Shown: positions 16,961 through 25,541 of the stretch, piece by piece | How the letters are laid out: every line of letters starts with the position of its first letter | Position numbering within the stretch: the first letter of the stretch is position 1 | Origin: an uncultured bacterium | GTDB taxonomy: Bacteria; Planctomycetota; DG-23; CBDVDV01 | Reading direction: 5' to 3' | Length of the DNA: 64,000 bases | NCBI GenBank assembly: GCA_965372835.1 | Contig: CBDVDV010000003.1 | Coordinates: 71-64,070, forward strand | Made by a program: the position numbers and the translations under genes | The notes under the pieces: generated by a model | The model's database searches: none | Seen by the model: only the letters and a program-made list of their open reading frames with translations | Told to the model about the DNA's origin: nothing

Positions 16961-18376
16961 CTACTCCGCCTGGCGGCCACCCACAAGCAGCCGACGGACC
17001 CGCACATGAGGCCCGCCGGCATTGATGGATACTCCCTGACCGCCTTTGCCACAAGTCCCCGGCATCAGCATCTCGAAGTCCGACCCGACGGCATCGATGT
17101 CCCGCAACACCTCCAGCGTCAGCCCCGAAACCGACACGTCCCGCAGCAACTCACCCAACGTGCCGTTCTCAATCATTCGGCTCACCGAGGCGTGGCAGGT
17201 AAAGTGCCCCTTCTCTACGAAAACGTAGCCCCACTGCCCCTGCGCTAAATAGATGCCCCGGTCGATGCCCTGCAGGAGTTCTTCGAAGCTGCTTTCGCCC
17301 GGGGCCAAAAAGGTGTTGCTCATCCTGACGATGGGCGGGTAGGAGAAGCCGTCAGCCCGCCCGTGGCCGTTAGGGGCCTGGTCCAGCCGCGCCGCGCTCT
17401 GTAGGTCGTGGAGGTAACTGGCGAGGCGACCCTGGTCAATGATGACGGTCCGCTGAGCCGGGGTGCCTTCATCGTCGTACCCGTAGGAGCCGTAGAGGTC
17501 CGGAACTGTGGGGTCGTCCACGATGGTGACCGCCGGCGAGGCAATCTCTTCACCCAGTCGCCCGGTCAGGATGCTCTCTCCGCTCCAGATGCCGTCGGCC
17601 TCGGCGTTGTGGCCCAGGGCCTCATGGGTCAGAAGCCCGGTGATGGAGGGGTGAAAGACCACGGGAAAAACTCCTGCTGGCGCCGGCCGGGCCGACAGCA
17701 GGTCTACCGCCCGCTGGGCCGCCCGAAGGGTAAACTCTTCAGGTTCCAGATCGCGCAGCAGTTCGTAGCCCGCCAGCGCGGCCCGGGTCTCGGCGCCTCG
17801 CTGTCGCTGTCGACCCTCGGCGGCAGTGATATGGGTGTTGACGGAAGTGCGCACGGTGTGTCGTTCGATGCAGGTGCCCAGGCTGTTGACGATGAGTTCC
17901 TCAGTCACCACGTCACCATAGGCAACGATGGTGTTGACCAGTTGGCTGGAGAACTGTTTTCGGGCCGCCTGCTCGAGGGCGAGCAGGCGCTGGACCTTCT
18001 CTCCGATAGCGACCCCTCGGGGATCCTCCTGGCAGGGACCCTCCTCGCGGGCCTCGACCGGATCGATGTCCGCCACCATGCCCTGCTTGCTGGCGTGAGG
18101 GGCGGTGGCTCGTGCTGCCTCGACGGCTTCCTCGAGGGCCGTCTGGAGTTTGTTGCGATCCACCTGCTCGGAGGCGGCGAAACCCCAGCAACCTTCTACC
18201 AGTACCCGAAGACCTGCCCCCAGGCTGTGGCTGGCTTGCAGCCGGTCGGCCCGACCGTCCTGCAAAAGCAGGCTGGTGGCGTCATGGCGAATGAGTCGGA
18301 GGTCGGCAAAAGAGGCTCCCAGTTGGCCGGAGGCCTCGACGGTCGAACGGACCAGGTCAACATACTCGCTCAGCAT
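16961..18376 (-). CDS. tldD: TldD family zinc metalloprotease
   Basis: HEALGHNAEAD (HExxxH-type) motif. About 470 aa. Paired with the PmbA-like gene. Confidence 0.75.
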   Translation of the reverse strand: MLSEYVDLVRSTVEASGQLGASFADLRLIRHDATSLLLQDGRADRLQASHSLGAGLRVLVEGCWGFAASEQVDRNKLQTALEEAVEAARATAPHASKQGMVADIDPVEAREEGPCQEDPRGVAIGEKVQRLLALEQAARKQFSSQLVNTIVAYGDVVTEELIVNSLGTCIERHTVRTSVNTHITAAEGRQRQRGAETRAALAGYELLRDLEPEEFTLRAAQRAVDLLSARPAPAGVFPVVFHPSITGLLTHEALGHNAEADGIWSGESILTGRLGEEIASPAVTIVDDPTVPDLYGSYGYDDEGTPAQRTVIIDQGRLASYLHDLQSAARLDQAPNGHGRADGFSYPPIVRMSNTFLAPGESSFEELLQGIDRGIYLAQGQWGYVFVEKGHFTCHASVSRMIENGTLGELLRDVSVSGLTLEVLRDIDAVGSDFEMLMPGTCGKGGQGVSINAGGPHVRVRRLLVGGRQAE

Positions 18377-18562
18377 AGCAGACTCCTGCCCGAATGTGGG
18401 CCGTTAGGTGAGCGGCATTATACGGCGTGGGCGGGGTCGGTCAACGACAAAAGGGAGCGGCCGCGGGCCCAGGCGGCGAGGTCCTCCTCTGGGGTGGCGT
18501 GGGGAGCGAGTGGGGGGATGAGAGGAGTTTGTCCAGGGAGGAAGTTTTTTGGCAAAAACTCC

Positions 18563-18590
18563 TTGACACCGCCGGGGGGAGGCATAGAAT
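18563..18590 (+). promoter_or_regulatory. Sigma70-like promoter (TTGACA - 16 nt - TAGAAT) upstream of the DUF1559 gene
   Basis: TTGACA near 18563-18568 and TAGAAT near 18585-18590, read directly. Followed by the palindrome GCAGCATGGATGCTGC (about 18618-18633) and a strong SD (AAGGAGGTG) before the 18681 start. Confidence 0.5.
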
Positions 18591-18680
18591 TCCAACAGAT
18601 GAGGATGCAGCATGGATGCTGCGTCCGGTCTGAAGGTGGGAAGTTTGGGACCCAGGTCCTGAGAGTAGCCAAGAAAGGAG

Positions 18681-19400
18681 GTGAGCCACATGAAGAGGCT
18701 ACGAGCGTTTACGCTCATCGAGCTTTTGGTAGTCATTGCCATCATTTCCATCTTAGCAGCAATGTTACTTCCCGCACTGTCCAGAGCTCGTGAGGAAGCG
18801 CGGAAGGCCGTCTGCCGGAGCAACCTGAAGCAGATCGGACTGGGGCTGGCCATCTACGCGAATGACTTTGGGGACTTCTACCCCTGCTTCGCGGCCCCGC
18901 CCGGGATGGGGACGCAGCTGAATGCTGCCGACACGGGTGGCGGTACCAGTCTGTTAGGGTCGCGCAACCAGCTCGGGTTGCTCTTCCGCAACTACATCTC
19001 GGACGCTATGCTGTTCTGCTGCCCGAGTGCGCCACAGGATGCACACGAGTACAAGGGTTGGTACTCGGATGATTACCTGGACGACACGCGGGTGAGTTAT
19101 GCCTACGACCCGTTCAAGATGGTCGGGCACCGTCCGATGGTAGGTGTGGCAGGCGACCGGCCCGCCGGTCCAGACGGGAATCCTGACGTCGACCGCAACT
19201 CTCCCAACCACCAGAATACGGGTCAGAACTTGCTCTTCGTTGACGGGCACGTGGACTTCCGTGTGACGGCCATCGAAGTCGATTCGTATTTGGCCTCACA
19301 GGGCGATACCATTTGGGAGGCAGGGGACAACAACCAGTTCCTGACCTCCGATGGGATGCCCTTGCACTCGGAAACTGACACTTATCTGCGTTGGGACTGA
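18681..19400 (+). CDS. DUF1559 protein with prepilin-type N-terminal cleavage/methylation domain (type II secretion pseudopilin-like, Planctomycete-abundant family)
   Basis: [55 protein letters not shown]... and C-terminal ...LLFVDGHV. This is the hallmark DUF1559/H-X9-DG family signature. Confidence 0.85.
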   Translation: MSHMKRLRAFTLIELLVVIAIISILAAMLLPALSRAREEARKAVCRSNLKQIGLGLAIYANDFGDFYPCFAAPPGMGTQLNAADTGGGTSLLGSRNQLGLLFRNYISDAMLFCCPSAPQDAHEYKGWYSDDYLDDTRVSYAYDPFKMVGHRPMVGVAGDRPAGPDGNPDVDRNSPNHQNTGQNLLFVDGHVDFRVTAIEVDSYLASQGDTIWEAGDNNQFLTSDGMPLHSETDTYLRWD

Positions 19401-19437
19401 GCGACGGACACGGGAGCTGAGCCAAAAGCTCACCTCG

Positions 19438-19476
19438 GAAGAGGCAGCACCTGCGGGTGCTGCCTCTTCTTTTTTT
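19438..19476 (+). terminator. Rho-independent terminator (perfect 14-bp GC-rich stem, 4-nt loop, T7 tail)
   Basis: GAAGAGGCAGCACC-TGCG-GGTGCTGCCTCTTC followed by TTTTTTT, 38 nt after the DUF1559 stop. The next ORF starts at 19488. Confidence 0.85.
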
Positions 19477-19487
19477 GAGACGGAGTC

Positions 19488-21461
19488 ATGAAGATCGGTC
19501 GCCCTTCTCCCGAACAGTTGTGTGTGCTCGGCACCGTGGTCCTGGTGTCCTTCGCCTGGGCCCCAACCCCGCACGCCACCGAGGTCAAGACTTCGGTCCT
19601 GGTGACGGGGACACTGCTGCTGGTGGTGGTGACATTGGGTCGGCTGGCAAGGATACGGGGACTCGCCGCTCGCGCGCCTGCGCACTGGGCGGTGCTGGCC
19701 TGGCTGGGGCTGAACTGGGTGTCGCTCGTCTGGAGCGCCTTCCCTCAGGCGACGCTGGATCGGCTGACGGAGCTGACGCTGCTGGTGGTCTGGGCCTGGC
19801 TGGTGATGGTCAATGTGCGCGGTCGGAGTCAACTGCGTCTGGTGCTTGTCGCCTACCTGGTGTGTGCTGTGGGTGTCTCTGTAGTTGCTCTGGCCAGTTT
19901 CTTTTCTGGTGCCACGCGGGTGGCCGTCTGGCCTTTCGGGAACCCCAACTTCCTGGCTGGTTACCTCCTCGTGCCGGTCGGGGTCTCCTTCGGGCTGCTG
20001 CTGGGCCGGCGGGCACTGCCGAGGCGGCGGATGCTGGCTGGGGCGGCGCTGGTAGTCGTGCTGCTGGCTTTGTGGTTCACGGACTCGCTTTCGGCTCGGC
20101 TCGCCGCCATCGTGGTGCTCGGCGTGGTGGGCATGGGTCAACTGAAGCCTGAACGCCGATACCGGGCAGCGGAACTGGTGGTCGGTGTGGGCGGACTGGT
20201 GGGGTTCCTCGGAGCAGTGATCGTCTACGGCCTGGGTGCAGAAGGGCTGGTGGCTTTTGGCCGGGGCTTGGCCGTACGCGGGTTCTTCTGGAAGTGGTCG
20301 ATGGTACTCTTTCGCCAGCACCCCTCTCTGGGGTCAGGGGCCGGTACGGTCTTCCCTTCCATCATGCCCGTCTCCAACCTGGACCGCTTCGGGCATCCGG
20401 GGCTTTTCAATCCCCTCACCCTCCACAGTCACAACGAGTTCTTGGAGGTGATGGTGGAGTTGGGGCTGGTGGGGCTCGTCGTCTTCCTGGTGATGCTTTA
20501 TCTGCTGAGCAGACCTCTGGGCAGAGCCTGGATGAGGAAACAGCCTGGTGGGGTGCCTGGGCCGGAACTGGGACTGTTCGCCGGCTTCCTGGGGCTCAAT
20601 CTGCAGGCATGTGCTTCGGTGGCCCCCCGGTTCGTGGAAGTGGGCTGCTTCTACTGGCTGGCTGTGGGACTTCTTTCGGCTTGGCCTCGTGTCGCCGGGG
20701 GCGCAAAACCTGACCGGCCTGCGGACGTGTCCGCTCCGAGGCCCAGCGGACAGGTGGCGAGAAGGCTGTTTCTCGGGGCGGCGGTGCTTGTTTGTGGTTG
20801 GCTTTGGTACTCCTTCGCCTGGCTTCCATTGCGCTCAGCGTGGCAGTTCGGTTCAGGCGTACGGGCTGGTTCTGAGAAAGACTGGGTCCGGGCCGGGGAA
20901 GCCTTCCGCCAAGCGCTTTCAGGCCGGCCGAGGTACGCGGACCGGGTTCGGCTTTTGAAGCGCCTGGGCGACGTGGAACTCAAGAGGGACCAGTTTTCTG
21001 AAGCCTCGAGGTACTATCGGGAGGCCCTGCTTCTCGCCCCGGGTGTGGCGCACGTTCAGGCCGCCCTGGCTAATGCCGTGACACTTTCGGGCGATGTGGA
21101 GCAGGGGCTTAAACACTATCGGCAAACAGCGCTGCTGGCGCCCGGCTATCCCGGTCTCGGGGAGCGGACCGCGCAGGTCTGTGCCAAGTTGGCCGAGCGC
21201 GAGCAGCGGGTCGGCCGTCTTGACTCCGCCATTAGCCACTGGCGCGAGGCGGTCTGGTTGAACCCGGACGAGGTCGAGTATCACCTGCGACTGGCTGAGT
21301 GCCTGGTAGAGGCCGGGCGCGGGGCCGAGGCGGAGGAGGAACTCCGCCGGACGGCCGAGCGCTTTGCTGAGCAGCGGGAGGTCCGGGAGCGGGTGGAGCA
21401 TCTGTGGTCGCGCTTGCCGCCGCAGCCGGAATCCGGCGGGGGCGGGTGTCAAGGGGATTGA
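19488..21461 (+). CDS. Polytopic membrane protein with O-antigen ligase (Wzy_C-like) domain fused to C-terminal TPR repeats
   Basis: More than 10 predicted TM helices. HSHNEFLEVMVELGLVGLVVF motif typical of O-antigen ligase/WaaL-type loops. C-terminal TPR-like repeats (YYREALLLAPGVAHVQAALANA...). Confidence 0.6.
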   Translation: MKIGRPSPEQLCVLGTVVLVSFAWAPTPHATEVKTSVLVTGTLLLVVVTLGRLARIRGLAARAPAHWAVLAWLGLNWVSLVWSAFPQATLDRLTELTLLVVWAWLVMVNVRGRSQLRLVLVAYLVCAVGVSVVALASFFSGATRVAVWPFGNPNFLAGYLLVPVGVSFGLLLGRRALPRRRMLAGAALVVVLLALWFTDSLSARLAAIVVLGVVGMGQLKPERRYRAAELVVGVGGLVGFLGAVIVYGLGAEGLVAFGRGLAVRGFFWKWSMVLFRQHPSLGSGAGTVFPSIMPVSNLDRFGHPGLFNPLTLHSHNEFLEVMVELGLVGLVVFLVMLYLLSRPLGRAWMRKQPGGVPGPELGLFAGFLGLNLQACASVAPRFVEVGCFYWLAVGLLSAWPRVAGGAKPDRPADVSAPRPSGQVARRLFLGAAVLVCGWLWYSFAWLPLRSAWQFGSGVRAGSEKDWVRAGEAFRQALSGRPRYADRVRLLKRLGDVELKRDQFSEASRYYREALLLAPGVAHVQAALANAVTLSGDVEQGLKHYRQTALLAPGYPGLGERTAQVCAKLAEREQRVGRLDSAISHWREAVWLNPDEVEYHLRLAECLVEAGRGAEAEEELRRTAERFAEQREVRERVEHLWSRLPPQPESGGGGCQGD

Positions 21462-21730
21462 CTTTCATCGGCTCAGGGCCCACCATGCGTGAGGGGAGGG
21501 GCATCGATGGACGACGCCCTGGCTTCGGCCGAACTGGAGCAACTGGCCCGCAGGCTGGGCGTCGAGGTCCGCCGGGAGGCGCTGCCGGTGCCGGGTGGGT
21601 TGTGCCAACTCCGGGGGCGCTGGACCCTGTTCCTGGACACCGCTCTGAGTGTGGCTGAGCAGGTGGAAGTGCTGGTGTCCGCCTTGCGTCGGTTTGACCT
21701 GAGCCAGGTGTACGTGCGACCGGCGCTTCG

Positions 21731-22378
21731 TCAGTTGCTGGAGGCCGGGGAGGTTGCCGACGGCGCTTCGCAGCGATAGAGGTGGTGTTCGTGCAGGTAT
21801 CGGCGGACCGGCTCGGGCACGAGGTAGCGGATGCTCCGCCCTTGGCTCACTTTCGAGCGGATGCTGCTGGCCGAGATGCCGACGGGGTCGATGGGCATGG
21901 CGTCCCGGCGGAGTTGCTCGACGGTGTCGGCCGGAAAGATGGCGGTCAGCGAACTGATGTGCTCCAGGGGATGACCCGGGCGGGCGATGACGATGAGCCG
22001 ACAGAGTTGGGGGAACCTCTCGATGTCCTTCCAGGTGGGGAGTTCACCGACCGTGTCGGAGCCTACCAGGAAGCACAGTTCGTCCCCGGGAGCCAGTGAG
22101 CGGGAAAACTCCTCCAGGGTGTCGACAGAGTAGGAGCGGCCGCAGCGTCGATGCTCGATGTCGGAGACGGTGAACCTGGGGTCGTCCGCGAGAGCCAGTT
22201 CGACCATGCGGTAGCGGTGCTCTCCGGAAGCCACCGCTCCAGTGGGCTTGTGTGGCGGCTGCGCGGCAGGGACAAAGATGACCGTCGTCAGCCCGAGGGC
22301 TTCGAGGGCTTCTTCGGCGATGATGAGGTGACCGTAGTGGATCGGGTCGAAAGTGCCTCCCAGCACACCAATGCGCAC
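21731..22378 (-). CDS. nadD: Nicotinate-nucleotide adenylyltransferase
   Basis: MRIGVLGGTFDPIHYGHL (HxGH nucleotidyltransferase motif) at the N-terminus. About 215 aa. Confidence 0.85.
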   Translation of the reverse strand: MRIGVLGGTFDPIHYGHLIIAEEALEALGLTTVIFVPAAQPPHKPTGAVASGEHRYRMVELALADDPRFTVSDIEHRRCGRSYSVDTLEEFSRSLAPGDELCFLVGSDTVGELPTWKDIERFPQLCRLIVIARPGHPLEHISSLTAIFPADTVEQLRRDAMPIDPVGISASSIRSKVSQGRSIRYLVPEPVRRYLHEHHLYRCEAPSATSPASSN

Positions 22379-22474
22379 GGCCGCTCACTCCTCCTGGCTC
22401 GCGAGTTTCCCGGGCCCACTTCTCTACGGGCTGCGACCGGCTACCGTCAATGGAAAAGCGACCCCACGACCGGG

Positions 22475-23068
22475 CTGCTGACCGCTGCCGTGGCTGTGGT
22501 CTTGCTGGTGGCCACGTGCTCGATGGGGGCCGAGGAGCCGGGCGCTCCTGCTCCAGGTGGGCCGCCGGCCTCGCCTCTGGCGCCGGTGGGTCCGCCGGCG
22601 CGCCAGGCACGTCCGGCCACCGTGGTCTTCTCCGATGGCTCCAAGCGGTCGGGCCCGGTATGGCTGACCCCGGGGAAACGCTTGAAGATCTTCGAGCGGG
22701 CCCAGGAAAAGTACCGCGAGTTCGCCCTGGCGGACGTGGTCCGCATCGACGTGAACCCGGAGAAGGAGGTGATGGAGCGAGTGTGGCGGTGGAAGGAGCA
22801 CGCCTCCGATGAGAAAGTTTACACGGGGGAAGCCTATCCCTGGCGAAAGTATGTCACCACGCTGGCCGTCCGTGACCGGAAGGGCAAACTTCAAAACGTC
22901 GTCGGTGATATGACCGCCGTGCTGTATCTCCAGGAAGACCCGGAGAAGAAGCCCGTCCGGCTCCTCATCCATCGCCGAGAGAAGGGCGAGGTCGGCCAGA
23001 CCCTCCAGGACCTGGTCTACGTCACCGCGGTCGTCTTCGAGACCCCGAAAGAGGAAGAGAAACAATGA
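22475..23068 (+). CDS. Hypothetical secreted/lipoprotein
   Basis: The frame reads a signal/lipobox-like segment (LLTAAVAVVLLVATCS) then a coherent protein (VVFSDGSKRSGPVWLTPGKRLKIFERAQEKYREF...). There is no ATG before the signal, so the start is probably a non-canonical CTG/GTG about 22475-22490. The upstream part of track ORF 22151 overlaps nadD and is spurious. Confidence 0.4.
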   Translation: MLTAAVAVVLLVATCSMGAEEPGAPAPGGPPASPLAPVGPPARQARPATVVFSDGSKRSGPVWLTPGKRLKIFERAQEKYREFALADVVRIDVNPEKEVMERVWRWKEHASDEKVYTGEAYPWRKYVTTLAVRDRKGKLQNVVGDMTAVLYLQEDPEKKPVRLLIHRREKGEVGQTLQDLVYVTAVVFETPKEEEKQ

Positions 23069-23370
23069 GCATACTCCGCGCGCTGATATGGCTGCAGCAG
23101 GCCGTTCCAACACCTGGGCTGCCGGGAACGGCTCCTGAAACTGTCCTGAGCACCGAGCCAAGCGTGAGTAACTGGTTCATCATCTACATCGTACTGATGA
23201 GCACAGCGGCCTTCCTGGGAATCCTGCTGCTCATTCTCATCTTGAGCATCAAACTCTCTCAGATCTCCAAGCAGTTAGACGAGCTCTCCGACAGCGCCAC
23301 CACCTTCATCCGCATCGGCCTGGACCACTTCAAAGATCGCACGGGAAAGCGCCTCGACAAGCGCACCTGA
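23065..23370 (+). CDS. Small membrane protein (hypothetical)
   Basis: ATGA start/stop overlap with the upstream ORF. One strongly hydrophobic helix (FIIYIVLMSTAAFLGILLLILILSI). Followed by an intrinsic terminator. Confidence 0.4.
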   Translation: MSILRALIWLQQAVPTPGLPGTAPETVLSTEPSVSNWFIIYIVLMSTAAFLGILLLILILSIKLSQISKQLDELSDSATTFIRIGLDHFKDRTGKRLDKRT

Positions 23371-23374
23371 AACG

Positions 23375-23407
23375 GCCCCGCAGGCCTCTGCGGGGCTCCT
23401 TTTCCTT
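23375..23407 (+). terminator. Rho-independent terminator (9-bp GC stem GCCCCGCAG/CTGCGGGGC + T-rich tail)
   Basis: GCCCCGCAG-GCCT-CTGCGGGGC then TCCTTTTCCTT, 5 nt after the stop at 23370. Confidence 0.55.
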
Positions 23408-23502
23408 GGCGCCAGGACCGGTTCCTGGGTATAGTGAGGTACCTTGGCAGCCGGTGCGGCTTCACTTCGAGTGTGCTGAGGGCATGCGAGTGAGGAGGCG
23501 GT

Positions 23503-24720
23503 ATGCGCGTCGCCTACGTGGACTGCTTTTCCGGAGCCAGCGGCGACATGCTTCTGGGTGTGTGTGTGGACAGCGGGGTCCCCCTGGCCGAGCTGCGGGC
23601 GGACCTGGCCGGTCTGGCGGTCAGCGGCTACCAGTTGCGGGAAGAGGCGGTCCGCCGGGGTGGTATCACGGCCACCCGGGTGCGCGTCCAACTTGCCGAC
23701 GAGCATCAACCGCCTCGTCACTTACGGCACATCCTGGAGATCATCGAGCGGAGCACGCTTTCAGAGCGGGTCAAGGAGCAGAGCAGCCGGACCTTTCGGG
23801 CTCTGGCCGAGGCCGAGGCAGCGGTCCACGGCGCGGACGTCGAGTCGGTCCACTTTCACGAGGTCGGCGCGGTCGACGCCGTGGTGGATGTCGTGGGCAC
23901 AGCGGTCTGTCTGGAACGTCTGGGCGTTGAATGCCTGTACTGCTCACCCTTGACGGTGGGGACCGGGTGGGTGGAGACGGCCCACGGTCGGCTCCCGGTG
24001 CCGGTGCCGGCCACGGCTGCGCTTATTCGTGGCGTGCCCGTGCGCCAGGTGGAGACGGGCTGTGAACTGCTGACCCCGACGGGGGCCGCGCTCCTGGTCA
24101 CCTTGGCTGAGGGGTTTGGGTCGCTGCCGGCGATGCGGGTGACCTCCGTGGGCTACGGCGCTGGCAGCCGGGAGTTGTCTCAGCACCCGAACCTGCTTCG
24201 CCTGATGGTGGGAGAGGCCGATGAGGAGTGGCGGGGGGACGAGGTGGTGGTCTTGGAAACGAACCTGGACGACACCTCGGGCGAGGTCCTCGGGCACCTG
24301 AGTGGGCTGCTCATGGAGCGAGGGGCGCTCGACGTCTTTCTTGTTCCCCTCCAGATGAAGAAACAGCGGCCGGGGGTGCTGCTGAGCGTGCTGAGTGCGC
24401 CCGAGAAAGCAGCCGAAGTGGAGCGGCTCATTTTCACCCACACCGGGACCTTCGGGGTCCGCTGGCGGCGAACCTGGCGGCACACGCTGGCTCGTGAGCA
24501 CCGGGTCGTGGAGACGGCCTTCGGCTCCCTTCGCCTCAAGGTGGGTCGGCTGGGTGAGGAGGTGGTAGCCGTGGCCCCTGAGTACGAGGACTGCGCCCGG
24601 CTGGCCCGGGAGCGCGGGGTCCCCCTGTGGCGAGTGTACCAGGCAGCGCTGGTGGCCGGCCACGAGCAGGGGCTTCAGGCAGGCGATCCGGAACCGTCTG
24701 TAGAGGAGAGCGCGCGATGA
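23503..24720 (+). CDS. larC: LarC family nickel-insertion protein (DUF111; nickel-pincer cofactor biosynthesis)
   Basis: N-terminal MRVAYVDCFSGASGDMLLG signature of LarC/UPF0272. About 400 aa. Confidence 0.75.
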   Translation: MRVAYVDCFSGASGDMLLGVCVDSGVPLAELRADLAGLAVSGYQLREEAVRRGGITATRVRVQLADEHQPPRHLRHILEIIERSTLSERVKEQSSRTFRALAEAEAAVHGADVESVHFHEVGAVDAVVDVVGTAVCLERLGVECLYCSPLTVGTGWVETAHGRLPVPVPATAALIRGVPVRQVETGCELLTPTGAALLVTLAEGFGSLPAMRVTSVGYGAGSRELSQHPNLLRLMVGEADEEWRGDEVVVLETNLDDTSGEVLGHLSGLLMERGALDVFLVPLQMKKQRPGVLLSVLSAPEKAAEVERLIFTHTGTFGVRWRRTWRHTLAREHRVVETAFGSLRLKVGRLGEEVVAVAPEYEDCARLARERGVPLWRVYQAALVAGHEQGLQAGDPEPSVEESAR

Positions 24721-25541
24721 CCGAGCGCGCCCGGTCTCCCAAAGAGGGGCAACAGCGGGTGCGGGCCATTGCCTGCGAGATCGTCTGCCGCGAACTGTGC
24801 TTCCTGGCGGCTCTGGCGCGGAACATCGTGGACCTGGCCTTTCTCCCCAAGGGACTTCACGACGTCGAGACCCCCGACATGGTGACTGCCATTCAGCAGG
24901 CCATCGACGCCACCGGCCCAGACACCTATGACGCAATCGTGCTCGCCTACGGCCTGTGCAACAACGGTACGGTAGGGCTGCGGGCCAGGGAGGTCCCCTT
25001 GGTCATCCCTCGGGCGCACGATTGCATCACCTTCTTCCTGGGCTCCCGGCAGCATTACCAGGAGCAGTTCGAAAAACATCCCGGGACCTATTACCGGACC
25101 ACCGGGTGGTCGGAGCGCAACTTCGCCGTGGTCGAGGGTCGGGTGCGCGACCGATTGGGCCTGAACCGAACGTACGATGAATTGGTACACCAGTACGGTG
25201 AGGATAACGCCCGCTACATTCACGAAATGACCACCGGCTGGCAGCGGAACTACGAGCGCATGGCTTACATCGAGCTGGGTCTGGGCGGAGCCCTGGGGCA
25301 CGACCGGGACGCGGCGCAGGAAGCTGACCGACGGGGGTGGCGATTCGTGAAACTGGCCGGCGACCTCACACTGCTGGCTCGTTTGCTGGACGGCCCCTGG
25401 GAGGACGAGTTCCTGGTGGTGCCGCCCGGCTACCGGGTGGTGGCCACCAACGACACTCAGATCCTCACCGCTCAGCCCGACCAAGGCGTGGCGGAGCCGG
25501 CGATCGATCGGGGGAAGACTGGGGAAGGCAGCGGCACATGA
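24717..25541 (+). CDS. DUF1638-like protein (hypothetical)
   Basis: Start ATG overlaps the larC stop (ATGA). Motifs IVLAYGLCNNGTVGL and HDCITFF resemble DUF1638. The family assignment is from memory and tentative. Confidence 0.45.
   Translation: MTERARSPKEGQQRVRAIACEIVCRELCFLAALARNIVDLAFLPKGLHDVETPDMVTAIQQAIDATGPDTYDAIVLAYGLCNNGTVGLRAREVPLVIPRAHDCITFFLGSRQHYQEQFEKHPGTYYRTTGWSERNFAVVEGRVRDRLGLNRTYDELVHQYGEDNARYIHEMTTGWQRNYERMAYIELGLGGALGHDRDAAQEADRRGWRFVKLAGDLTLLARLLDGPWEDEFLVVPPGYRVVATNDTQILTAQPDQGVAEPAIDRGKTGEGSGT

Noticed and set aside
21489-21779. Small + strand ORF (96 aa) between the O-antigen-ligase-like gene and nadD.
   Set aside because: It overlaps the nadD 3' end on the opposite strand by about 50 nt and has an Ala/Arg/Leu-rich composition with no motif. 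It could be real but cannot be supported, so it is not listed as a feature.
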